64,000 nt of DNA from a virus: positions 9,065 through 73,064 of the IMG/VR virus record IMGVR_UViG_3300030108_004854; one strand, 5' to 3'. A model generated the notes under the pieces. It searched no databases and was not told where the DNA came from. It saw only the letters and a program-made list of their open reading frames with translations. A program made the position numbers and the translations under genes. Shown in pieces: positions 16,648 through 24,674 of this stretch. Positions within the stretch are counted from its first letter, which is position 1, and the number at the start of each line of letters is the position of its first letter.

Positions 16648-17364
16648 ATGCACATTGCATTTCTTGTCGCTGAAGTCGTTGACAATCCACTGACTAAATA
16701 TCAGGGGATGGACAATCGAATGAATGTTGTATCTCTTCGTTTACCTGCTGTAGGTAAAAAGAAAGTTGACACATTAATTGAATACAGGTCTTACAAAGAG
16801 ATTAATCTTAGAGCGGGAGACTGTGTCCAAATTATGGATGCATCCATTCGCCACGATTACAAAACTAGAGAATGGTGGTTGATGGGAGGCAATCTTGAAC
16901 GACGTGAAGCACCATGTCCTCCATACAACTATTGCATATTTAGTGGTCGTGTGATCAAAGATCTAGATGTATCTGATCCACGCCAGTTTACTAGTACAGA
17001 AAGTGGTTTTCTTATTGCTAAAACCACACTCAGTATTACAGCTGGTGGAGGTGAATCAGATTTAATTCCAATTACTGCAATCAATTCATCTGATGCTAAA
17101 TACAAACCAGCTCAATTATTAGCTGATATGGCAGCACGTAAAGGAATGGGTTTAACAGTTAGAGGAACATTAGTTACTGATTCTTGGACAGACAAAGAAT
17201 CTGGAGAGATTAGATATAAAACCGAAATTATGTTAAAAGGTTTTACCATGGCTCCTAAAGCTAAAGCTCAAGAAATTAAACCACGTGCTGAAGTGCCTGT
17301 TGGTGCGGAACCAAAGTCACTTTGGAAACCGTTAGACAGTGAGGATGACAACGATCCTTTTTGA
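16648..17364 (+). CDS. ssb: single-stranded DNA-binding protein (probable tandem OB folds)
   Basis: VRGTLVTDSWTDKESGEIRYKTEI SSB motif; acidic tail DDNDPF. Confidence 0.8.
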   Translation: MHIAFLVAEVVDNPLTKYQGMDNRMNVVSLRLPAVGKKKVDTLIEYRSYKEINLRAGDCVQIMDASIRHDYKTREWWLMGGNLERREAPCPPYNYCIFSGRVIKDLDVSDPRQFTSTESGFLIAKTTLSITAGGGESDLIPITAINSSDAKYKPAQLLADMAARKGMGLTVRGTLVTDSWTDKESGEIRYKTEIMLKGFTMAPKAKAQEIKPRAEVPVGAEPKSLWKPLDSEDDNDPF

Positions 17365-17379
17365 AGCTATACTTCCAGC

Positions 17380-17412
17380 CTAGGCATTTGCCCTTGTCAA
17401 TGTAAGCCCTAG
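17380..17412 (+). ncRNA. conserved stem/internal-loop RNA motif, copy 7
   Basis: CTAGG-CAT-TTG...CAA-T-GTAAG-C-CCTAG. Confidence 0.65.
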
Positions 17413-17434
17413 ATCCCACGTCCACTAAAGTCGT

Positions 17435-18430
17435 ATGACCTCCACGATGACCAAACGCACAGCCGCAGATTTTGCAATGTTTAAAAGCCCAGAATTTATT
17501 TCTGGCTATAAGAGCATGGCAACACTGCAACCACTAAATCAAACCGACACTCACGGTCTGTTTCTGCAGAACAAAGACATTGATGTCTGCAAGTGGACAG
17601 CCAAACAGTCTGACTTCGAGAAAGGCTCAGTCCTTATCGATTACGAACACACGTTCGGAAACAACAAAACTCCTGATCAAGGCATCTTGTTAATCAAACC
17701 CAAGATTCAGGTGCTTTGGCGTTCACCTCTGATGGTGCAGGAACGATTTGGTAAAGGTTCAGGCCTCAACCAGATCATTGGATCATTTAATGATCCATCC
17801 ACCAAAGAGCTATGGAATACAGACAAGACTAAGGCTGAAGCTGATCCCAAGTACGAGCGTATGTACCAAAGCCGAACTTTGTATCTGGTAATGGTACTCA
17901 AAAAAAATCGTACTCGTGCTCATAAACTACCTATTGTTCTGACCACAAAAGGATTAGCAGCAGTCCAGATCTCTCAGAACCTCAAGCACTTTGAGGAGAT
18001 GATGGGATACACCATGGACAAGTTCACTGGTGCAGCCGTGCCTCAGGTGTGGAACGAACAGTTTTTCAGCACCACGGTGTGGCAGCCAACATTTGTTCGT
18101 AAACGGGCAGGTGAACGCAAGAACGAAATCTGTGGTATTGAGTGTTGCGAAGCACCAGACTTCAGTGATGAAGATTCAGCATTCGCATCTATTGACGCAA
18201 TGACAATTCCAACAGAGGATCGAGAATCTACATGGAAAATGATGACCGATTATGAGGGATTCATTGCCATGCACTCAGCACAAAACGTCAACCAACTTGG
18301 TGGTGCGTATGGTCTCAAGCAAGGAGTAGAAATACTTCCTGCTTCCAGGGGTACAGACAAGTCAGATGAAGCTGTTGATTTAACAGCAACATCAGGACGA
18401 GACAGCCTAGGAGCTGACTCTAGCTTGTGA
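17435..18430 (+). CDS. hypothetical protein in replication module (DUF5895-like)
   Basis: 331 aa; PKIQVLWRSPL and HKLPIVLTTKG resemble cyanobacterial DUF5895; family assignment tentative. Confidence 0.7.
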   Translation: MTSTMTKRTAADFAMFKSPEFISGYKSMATLQPLNQTDTHGLFLQNKDIDVCKWTAKQSDFEKGSVLIDYEHTFGNNKTPDQGILLIKPKIQVLWRSPLMVQERFGKGSGLNQIIGSFNDPSTKELWNTDKTKAEADPKYERMYQSRTLYLVMVLKKNRTRAHKLPIVLTTKGLAAVQISQNLKHFEEMMGYTMDKFTGAAVPQVWNEQFFSTTVWQPTFVRKRAGERKNEICGIECCEAPDFSDEDSAFASIDAMTIPTEDRESTWKMMTDYEGFIAMHSAQNVNQLGGAYGLKQGVEILPASRGTDKSDEAVDLTATSGRDSLGADSSL

Positions 18431-18610
18431 TTCCATTTGGTCTAGTGCATCCTTGACTAGGCCATTGATCACTGCCTGACGGGTCGCTGCAACCTTTACA
18501 AGGAGTGTGGCGACCTCCTTTAATTCAGACAAGCTGCTACAATTCTCGATATAACGATTCATTTTCACCTTCCAAAACTCTTCTTCTGGCGAGGTTTCGA
18601 AGGTTAACAT
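18407..18610 (-). CDS. small cyanophage protein
   Basis: LTFETSPEEEFW...LKEVA..L..RQAVI; loosely NblA-like helical pattern; TAGAGT upstream. Confidence 0.6.
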   Translation of the reverse strand: MLTFETSPEEEFWKVKMNRYIENCSSLSELKEVATLLVKVAATRQAVINGLVKDALDQMESQARVSS

Positions 18611-18740
18611 GACGTTATTTCATTTCACTCTATTGTATCAATGTTTGAATTTTTCTGTTCAGTACTAACTCAAGTTTTTTATGCTGCTGTTAGCTGTATG
18701 GCTGCAGCTGTTCTTAACTACATCACACAACAACAAAACT

Positions 18741-19391
18741 ATGGCACGCGTTACCAAAGTCAATCTTAAAAAACTTAATACTCTTGAGCTTTTTAAACAT
18801 CATAATGCGCTTAGTTCTTCCATTAATCTTCTTACAGATAAAAGTAAACAAGACGCATTAGACGAACTTGAACAATGTGCTGGCCTTCGATCTTCAAAGA
18901 TCGATGGCTTGCACTATGCAATTGTTAAAAACGAACATTTAGTAGAAATTGGTAAATCAGAAAAACAAACATTAGATGCTTCAATTAAACGTCATCAAAA
19001 TGAAATCGATTCTATTAAATCATTAATTAAAGAATTGCGCAGGCGTGGTCATGCTACTGACAATAAACTTGTTGGTAAAGATTATGAATTCACAGTGTCT
19101 CCCATTAAAGATTCAATAGAAATAACAAGTGACGTAAGCGATTGGTCTGATGACGAACAGGAACAATGCGCTATTGTCAAAGAGGTAATTACTACTACGG
19201 TTCTTAAGACTGTTAATGGAACAGTCATTGATTCGCAGGAAAAACTTACTTTCAATAAAATCCCTAATCTTGAAGCCATCCGTGCCTTACACAACAACGG
19301 CCAAAAATTACCACAAGGTGTTACCGTCAAAACGAACTATGCCATCCGCACGCACCGAATCCTCAACAACTCAGAGTTGGACAGAGGATAA
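18741..19391 (+). CDS. Siphovirus Gp157-like protein
   Basis: KIDGL coiled coil; C-terminal PNLEAIRAL..GQKLPQGVTV. Confidence 0.65.
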   Translation: MARVTKVNLKKLNTLELFKHHNALSSSINLLTDKSKQDALDELEQCAGLRSSKIDGLHYAIVKNEHLVEIGKSEKQTLDASIKRHQNEIDSIKSLIKELRRRGHATDNKLVGKDYEFTVSPIKDSIEITSDVSDWSDDEQEQCAIVKEVITTTVLKTVNGTVIDSQEKLTFNKIPNLEAIRALHNNGQKLPQGVTVKTNYAIRTHRILNNSELDRG

Positions 19392-19668
19392 ATATCATCC
19401 TTCTCTTCAGCGTAGTTTTTATACAGATCTTCCTTGTCCTTATGACAAACATGAAGCTGAAATTAAAATGCAATGCCACAGGCATGCAGTAGCTGATATT
19501 GAACTTCAGAAAGAAGTTCTAGAAGAGGAGATTAATTTAGAAATCGCTCAAGATGTACCATACAATGCAAATAAGTTAGATCGTTTAAAAGAACGTAAGA
19601 TTAAATTAATTAATGCCAAACGCTTCCATCAAAATGCGTCTAATGCTTATTGGTATTATCTCCAGTAA
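19339..19668 (+). CDS. hypothetical protein
   Basis: Coiled-coil ORF; start uncertain (19216 or 19339). Confidence 0.65.
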   Translation: MPSARTESSTTQSWTEDKYHPSLQRSFYTDLPCPYDKHEAEIKMQCHRHAVADIELQKEVLEEEINLEIAQDVPYNANKLDRLKERKIKLINAKRFHQNASNAYWYYLQ

Positions 19669-19692
19669 GCTGGTAGTAACTCGGGGTGCCAC

Positions 19693-19998
19693 ATGAATAG
19701 TAGAAATTACGAGGAGTTAAACCATTACATCCTCGATTCATTTACTAAAGGTGGCACTCCATTACCAACCATGCTTGGTAACAAACAAGAATGGATGACT
19801 ACAATAATAGTTGCAGGTTTATTAGCAAATGAAAATGTATCTGCAGCAATTGATGCTGAAGGTATTGTTGATGCTGCTATTAATTATGTCAACATTATTC
19901 AACAACGTTTAGGTCATTATCAAAACAATCAAGTTAATTCTTTAAATCATTTATTAAGTAAAACTAGCGGGGAGTTTGATCAAACTGAGGAATCATAA
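19693..19998 (+). CDS. hypothetical protein
   Basis: 101-aa ORF. Confidence 0.7.
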   Translation: MNSRNYEELNHYILDSFTKGGTPLPTMLGNKQEWMTTIIVAGLLANENVSAAIDAEGIVDAAINYVNIIQQRLGHYQNNQVNSLNHLLSKTSGEFDQTEES

Positions 19999-20221
19999 TG
20001 CCAGGTCGTAATCCATAAAAGCCTGGATTAATAAATGGATTACGTAATTGATTTTGAATATAAGAATCACCAAAAGGATTTTGGGGTTTAATACCCATAA
20101 TTTCTCCCATGTGTCTACCTGCAATATTTCCAGGTGCTGGCATGTTTTCAAGAAGACTATAATCATTCAACATTCTCTTGTTACTAAGAGGATCCCTCTT
20201 GGCAGGCATGCGATTATACAT
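19964..20221 (-). CDS. hypothetical protein
   Basis: TATAAT upstream; contains NIAGRHM. Confidence 0.55.
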   Translation of the reverse strand: MYNRMPAKRDPLSNKRMLNDYSLLENMPAPGNIAGRHMGEIMGIKPQNPFGDSYIQNQLRNPFINPGFYGLRPGIMIPQFDQTPR

Positions 20222-20273
20222 CTTGTTCAATGCTCTTATATAAATTATAATTTAGACACTTCTACAAAAGCTC

Positions 20274-20465
20274 GTGCCGATTATTGAAATCAAAATGACC
20301 ATTGACCTTGAGGTTGAATACAATCCTTTCTTAGGAAAAACTAAAGAAGAATTTGCAGATTCACTTGAAGAAGACTTTCATCTTGCTTTGTCAGAGTTCC
20401 GGGAACAAGATGTTCAAGCTTGGTTTACTGATGTAGTATCTGTCAAAGAAATCTGCGCTAACTGA
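20274..20465 (+). CDS. hypothetical protein
   Basis: 63-aa acidic ORF, GTG start. Confidence 0.6.
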   Translation: MPIIEIKMTIDLEVEYNPFLGKTKEEFADSLEEDFHLALSEFREQDVQAWFTDVVSVKEICAN

Positions 20466-20466
20466 A

Positions 20467-20742
20467 ATGAACACAGATTATTTAGCTAACTGGGACACCA
20501 AAAAAGAACAACAAAAAGCCCAGTTCACGGAGCATATGTATCGATGCTCTGGTCGTACAAATGGTTTATTTACTGGACTTTGGCATGAGTTTTGTCTCAA
20601 TGAAGCTGGTCCTTTAGCGCGTGAACAATTTTTTGAGAAGCTAGAAGCTATTCGTAAGTTTGAAGAACTACAACGAATACCAGTTGCTCAAAAAGAAGTT
20701 AGTATGGCTAAAGAATTGTTTATTACTAATTTTCACGATTGA
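20467..20742 (+). CDS. hypothetical protein
   Basis: MYRCSGRTNGLFTGLW motif seen in cyanophage small proteins. Confidence 0.7.
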   Translation: MNTDYLANWDTKKEQQKAQFTEHMYRCSGRTNGLFTGLWHEFCLNEAGPLAREQFFEKLEAIRKFEELQRIPVAQKEVSMAKELFITNFHD

Positions 20743-20743
20743 T

Positions 20744-21091
20744 ATGCCAACACAAAGTTTCGGTAATCCTATTGTCGCTGAGTTAAATGAACCTGGAGTT
20801 ACTAAAAACTCCAGAGAAAATCTGCATGATACGAGTCATGCAGTAATCCCTGGACATTCTGATATTAAATATGAAACATATAAAAAATTAGTTTTTGCTT
20901 TTGAAGAAATAATCAGTTCTAATCTTGAACCATACGATCTTTTAAGTGATGATCGTTTATCTGGTAAAGATATATACAATGCATTGCAAGAAGCAATACA
21001 AAGTATTCGAAAATTTCATCAAGCTGAACTTAAAATTTTAGATGAACTTGAATCATTAAGTCTCACTACTCGGAAAGTTTACATCGATTAA
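20744..21091 (+). CDS. hypothetical protein
   Basis: ATG 1 nt after the previous stop. Confidence 0.65.
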   Translation: MPTQSFGNPIVAELNEPGVTKNSRENLHDTSHAVIPGHSDIKYETYKKLVFAFEEIISSNLEPYDLLSDDRLSGKDIYNALQEAIQSIRKFHQAELKILDELESLSLTTRKVYID

Positions 21092-21253
21092 ACGATAATC
21101 AGATGTCTCTACCAACGGATCATTAGAACCTTTGTTGATAGCAACAGCTCTTCGATAATACATATTGTCAGTTTGTCCGACTGTTTCCAAGTGACTCTGG
21201 ATCTTTATCCAGTTCTCTTTTGTTTCGTTGTCCATACCAAGTTGCAAATTCAA
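21056..21253 (-). CDS. small cyanophage protein
   Basis: ENWIKIQSHLE..GQTDNMYYRRAVAI..G..DPL motif; true start probably MDNETK. Confidence 0.65.
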   Translation of the reverse strand: MNLQLGMDNETKENWIKIQSHLETVGQTDNMYYRRAVAINKGSNDPLVETSDYRLIDVNFPSSET

Positions 21254-21371
21254 GTTTGTAATGAGCTTTGTCTGCTTTACGAATCAGCTCTTGGGCTTCT
21301 TCTCTAGATAAACATTGCTCAGCTTTTACATTAAGTTGCTGTAATTTTTTATGTTGTTTGATTGGATTCAT
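21168..21371 (-). CDS. small cyanophage protein
   Basis: KAEQCLSREEAQELIRKA motif. Confidence 0.6.
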   Translation of the reverse strand: MNPIKQHKKLQQLNVKAEQCLSREEAQELIRKADKAHYKLEFATWYGQRNKRELDKDPESLGNSRTN

Positions 21372-21401
21372 TTAACAAATAATTTATTTTTATAAATACT
21401 G

Positions 21402-22118
21402 TTAATATTCTAGTTTGTTTGTATTAACAGTATCAAAAGCCATTAAACTTTTTTCTGTTTTAGTTTCCCAAAAATATTCTTCTGATTCTCCAAGGCGTCC
21501 CCATTTTGCATTAGGACTTTCTACTTGAAAGTATCTGCTGGAAACAAGGAAGTCTGGTTGTTTAAGTTCTTCTGGTGACAAAGAAGGATCAGTAAGACGG
21601 CATCTGTTGTTTGGATACGCTGCAATTTGACCGTTTGGCAATGTAATGATGTTGAAAGATTTGTGTTCGTCTGGTGTTTCTGCAAAAGAAATATCAGTCC
21701 TAGAACGATCACCATTAAAGCTGTCAATGGTAAATAAATATTCACCAGGGATAGACCCGTGGGTTTTTGTTCTAATTTCCCACCCCATTGTGTAGGTAAG
21801 ATTTTTTTCCAGCGTGGTAATGTCATGACTAAAACAATTCCAGAATTGTAATTCTTCTAAAGGAAGATCAGGAGAAGGATCTACAGGAGCTTCAGGACTA
21901 TCCGAATCCCAAATTAAAAAAGCTGAAATAGGAAGCTTGTCATATAAAGCACCATAGCTTGGTAAAAAAGTTTCAAAGTAAAAAACTCTGCCGGGTAAAG
22001 ACTTTATAGATGTCCAGTATCCTAAAACATATTCACCGAAGCCATCTCTTAAGTCTCGTAAATATTCTTTACGCACCCATACTTTTACTGGAGGTGCATT
22101 AGTAATTAAAGTAGACAC
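21402..22118 (-). CDS. conserved cyanophage hypothetical protein
   Basis: VWVRKEYLRDL...YGALYDKLPISAF...LQFWNCF...EHKSFN..PNNR recalled from T4-like cyanophages. Confidence 0.85.
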   Translation of the reverse strand: MSTLITNAPPVKVWVRKEYLRDLRDGFGEYVLGYWTSIKSLPGRVFYFETFLPSYGALYDKLPISAFLIWDSDSPEAPVDPSPDLPLEELQFWNCFSHDITTLEKNLTYTMGWEIRTKTHGSIPGEYLFTIDSFNGDRSRTDISFAETPDEHKSFNIITLPNGQIAAYPNNRCRLTDPSLSPEELKQPDFLVSSRYFQVESPNAKWGRLGESEEYFWETKTEKSLMAFDTVNTNKLEY

Positions 22119-22163
22119 TTGACAAAAGACTTTTGCATACTCTAATACTTTTTTATTGTAAAT

Positions 22164-22199
22164 AAAAGAAAAATCCCAAGCAATTTACTGCCTGGGATT
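22164..22199 (-). terminator. intrinsic terminator of hli
   Basis: AATCCCAGGCA-GTAAAT-TGCTTGGGATT-TTTCTTTT on the - strand. Confidence 0.75.
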
Positions 22200-22226
22200 G
22201 ACTCCTTTCACTTCATTTTTACTTTA

Positions 22227-22358
22227 TCACCAAATACCAGGAATAACCTGGCCTGTTAAAGCATATGCACCAAGTGCTGCAACAATACCAAGCATGGCAA
22301 GGCGTCCATTCCATACTTCTCCTTGATGTGTTTTACATTTTTTAGCTTCACAAGACAT
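22227..22358 (-). CDS. hli: high-light-inducible protein
   Basis: EVWNGRLAMLG...AYALTGQVIPGIW; chlorophyll-binding motif and TGQxxPG tail. Confidence 0.95.
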   Translation of the reverse strand: MSCEAKKCKTHQGEVWNGRLAMLGIVAALGAYALTGQVIPGIW

Positions 22359-22419
22359 GATTTTAAAATATATTTGATCTTTTATTTTAGAATGTAGATA
22401 ACAAAAGTAATACAGGCTG

Positions 22420-22959
22420 ATGCAAAGCGGAATTGCAACGGAGTACATTCAAGCTGTACCTGATCAACAGCCACAACCAATAAACAAAGATCCACAACCC
22501 AAGAGTAAAAAAGAAGAGATAGGGCCGCTTGTTGATATTATGCTCCAAACATTGGGCTGTCTTAATCAACTGCAAATTCAAGCTCATCTTATTCATTTTA
22601 ATTATGAGGCTCCTAATTTTCTTGCAGTACATAAACAACTCAAAAAACAATATGAGTTACATTTAAAACAGTTTGACAAACTCGGTGAGCAAATTCGCAG
22701 TCTTGATTACATGACTGTAATGTGCAATAAAGGATTGATTAGCTGTTATAAAAAGTTTGAACATTGCAATTCGTATGATCCAATAGATATGCTTTGTATT
22801 TATATTAAAAATTTAGAGAATGCTGGAATGCTAGCTAAAAAAATGAATGATGTAGCTTGCAGGCATAAAGCACCAGACGTAGGACATTATGCTGCTGAGC
22901 TTGTAGGTGAAATGTTTGAGAGTGCATGGTTATTTAAAGCAACACTGCGTCGTATGTAA
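22420..22959 (+). CDS. dps: Dps/ferritin-like protein
   Basis: HLIHFNYEAPNFLAVHKQL...FDKLGEQIRSL ferroxidase pattern; C-terminal AWLFKATL. Confidence 0.8.
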   Translation: MQSGIATEYIQAVPDQQPQPINKDPQPKSKKEEIGPLVDIMLQTLGCLNQLQIQAHLIHFNYEAPNFLAVHKQLKKQYELHLKQFDKLGEQIRSLDYMTVMCNKGLISCYKKFEHCNSYDPIDMLCIYIKNLENAGMLAKKMNDVACRHKAPDVGHYAAELVGEMFESAWLFKATLRRM

Positions 22960-23285
22960 TGAGCTGCTTTTTCTAAACGTACTGGGTCATCTTTCATATG
23001 ACCTAAAGCTATATTGCATTGATGACATAAAAGACCTCTTACAGTTTTTGTTAGATGGCAGTGATCCACATACAAAGGCTTGTCTGGCATTGTCTGGCAC
23101 TTGTCTGGCATTGTCTGGCATTTGTCTGGCATTGTCTGGCACTTGTCTGGCATTGTCTGGCACTTGTCTGGCAGTTGTCCACAAATTTTACAAGTATAAT
23201 TTTGTTCAACCAACATTTGTTTATATTTCTCTTCTGTAATTCCATAACGATGTTTTAGATTATGTTTACGACTAGCCACTAACAT
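22887..23285 (-). CDS. recombination endonuclease VII-family homing endonuclease with repeat insertion
   Basis: RYGIT...QNYTCKIC...LYVDHCHLTKTVRGLLCHQCNIALG. Confidence 0.85.
   Translation of the reverse strand: MLVASRKHNLKHRYGITEEKYKQMLVEQNYTCKICGQLPDKCQTMPDKCQTMPDKCQTMPDKCQTMPDKPLYVDHCHLTKTVRGLLCHQCNIALGHMKDDPVRLEKAAHYIRRSVALNNHALSNISPTSSAA
23080..23173. repeat. tandem repeat: 9 x TTGTCTGGCA arranged with 21-bp period
   Basis: Direct reading; encodes (CQTMPDK)x4 in frame. Confidence 0.95.
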
Positions 23286-23307
23286 TAACTCTTTTTTAGA
23301 TAGTAAC

Positions 23308-23332
23308 AAAAAAAGGAGACCAATTGGCCTCC
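23308..23332 (-). terminator. intrinsic terminator of the GT/methyltransferase operon
   Basis: GGAGGCCA-AT-TGGTCTCC-TTTTTTT on the - strand. Confidence 0.7.
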
Positions 23333-23399
23333 CAATAATTCCCTCAACCGTCCCGTTCAAGAACACTTGTAAACAGTATGTAAAGTAGGTTCGACTAAC

Positions 23400-24674
23400 C
23401 TACTCTTTGATAATAGCCCAAACCAGGTCATCGTACCGACCAGACTCTCGTACATCAAATACACGAATACCTTCCTGTTGTTCAGACGTAAACAAAGCAG
23501 TTAATTCTGTAAGGATTTTTTCATCTTGAATATCTTCAATAATTAACACTCCTTTATTTGCAAGCAGGTCATAGTAGTACTTGGCTACAAATAAAATATC
23601 ATCTTTTTTGTGACTTCCGTCATCAATAATGACGTGGTATTTTTTATCAGCAAATGTTCTTAATGCTGTAGCTGAATACGCATTTGTTTCATAAAAATCA
23701 AAACGATCAGGGTCCAGTTGGTCCCAAATAATATTGTTTACTTGATCGTATAAGTCAATTAAATCTAGCCAAGACTGTGGTAAATACTCATGCCATAGTA
23801 ATGCAGATCCTCCATACTGCACTCCAATCTCTAAAAGGTTGCATTCTATATCTCGATACTGTTCTAACAAGTAAGCATAGATGCCAGTGTAGTTATGGAT
23901 CGTTGCTTTATCTGTACCACCTGGATAATCAAAGCCATTAATGTTGAGACTTTCTAATATCTCAATCATTTCTTTATCAGGCTCATGCCAACAAGGTTTG
24001 TCCATGTGTCTTTGTCCAGTCATATAGTTATCAGTATAAATGCTTTTTGGATATGGTTGCAAATAATGATGTGCAATGCTTGAATTGTTGTATTTAGATT
24101 CCCATAAGTTTTTTACTTTAGGTTCTCCTGTACCAATCCAAAATTTACGATCATATCTAAATGAACTTTCTAAGGCCTCTTCGTCCAAAGTATTGATATA
24201 ACTTGATTTACCCCACCAGAAACCACCCGAGAAGTGTGGGTGATAACCCATTGAAGTATTTTCTTGCCAGTTAATACCAGCCAAATCATACCCATTTTGC
24301 AATGCTTGATAGCATTCACGCCAATTAGTGATGCAGAAGTACTGCATAAGTTTTCGCCAGTCTTCTGTATATTTAGTTTTTCTAGACGATCCTTTTGTAT
24401 GAAAGTAACAAACGTATGCTTCAGGGTTGGCAGCAGACCATTTCCGTAAGGCCTGGAGAGTTTCTGTTTCTTCTTGTTGATTCTTATTTCCTCTTGCAAT
24501 AGCCTTATCTGGAATAGACAAAAGGCACAAGCTGCCATTAAATCCAACATGGAAATGTTTAAGTTTGTCATAAAGACCATTGGAAACTAACGCACCTAGT
24601 TGTTCGTAATACATGTCTTCCCATCCTTGTCCTGGAAAGACGTGATAAAAACAACCAATATTAAGCGCGGTCAA
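23400..24674 (-). CDS. fusion: putative glycan-modifying N-domain plus SAM-dependent (sugar O-)methyltransferase
   Basis: N-domain YFHTKG...HFSGGFWW; C-domain GTDK..HNY, LLEIGVQYGGS, IIDDGSH, LIIED (MycE-like/Methyltransf_24 pattern). Confidence 0.8.
   Translation of the reverse strand: MTALNIGCFYHVFPGQGWEDMYYEQLGALVSNGLYDKLKHFHVGFNGSLCLLSIPDKAIARGNKNQQEETETLQALRKWSAANPEAYVCYFHTKGSSRKTKYTEDWRKLMQYFCITNWRECYQALQNGYDLAGINWQENTSMGYHPHFSGGFWWGKSSYINTLDEEALESSFRYDRKFWIGTGEPKVKNLWESKYNNSSIAHHYLQPYPKSIYTDNYMTGQRHMDKPCWHEPDKEMIEILESLNINGFDYPGGTDKATIHNYTGIYAYLLEQYRDIECNLLEIGVQYGGSALLWHEYLPQSWLDLIDLYDQVNNIIWDQLDPDRFDFYETNAYSATALRTFADKKYHVIIDDGSHKKDDILFVAKYYYDLLANKGVLIIEDIQDEKILTELTALFTSEQQEGIRVFDVRESGRYDDLVWAIIKE

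Noticed and set aside
19661-19675. CCAG-TAAG-CTGG hairpin as an eighth copy of the GUAAG motif
   Set aside because: Lacks the 5' CA and the inner stem; a simple 4-bp hairpin
23080-23173. Possible CRISPR array
   Set aside because: Repeats are contiguous 10-mers without unique spacers and lie in frame in a gene; no cas operon
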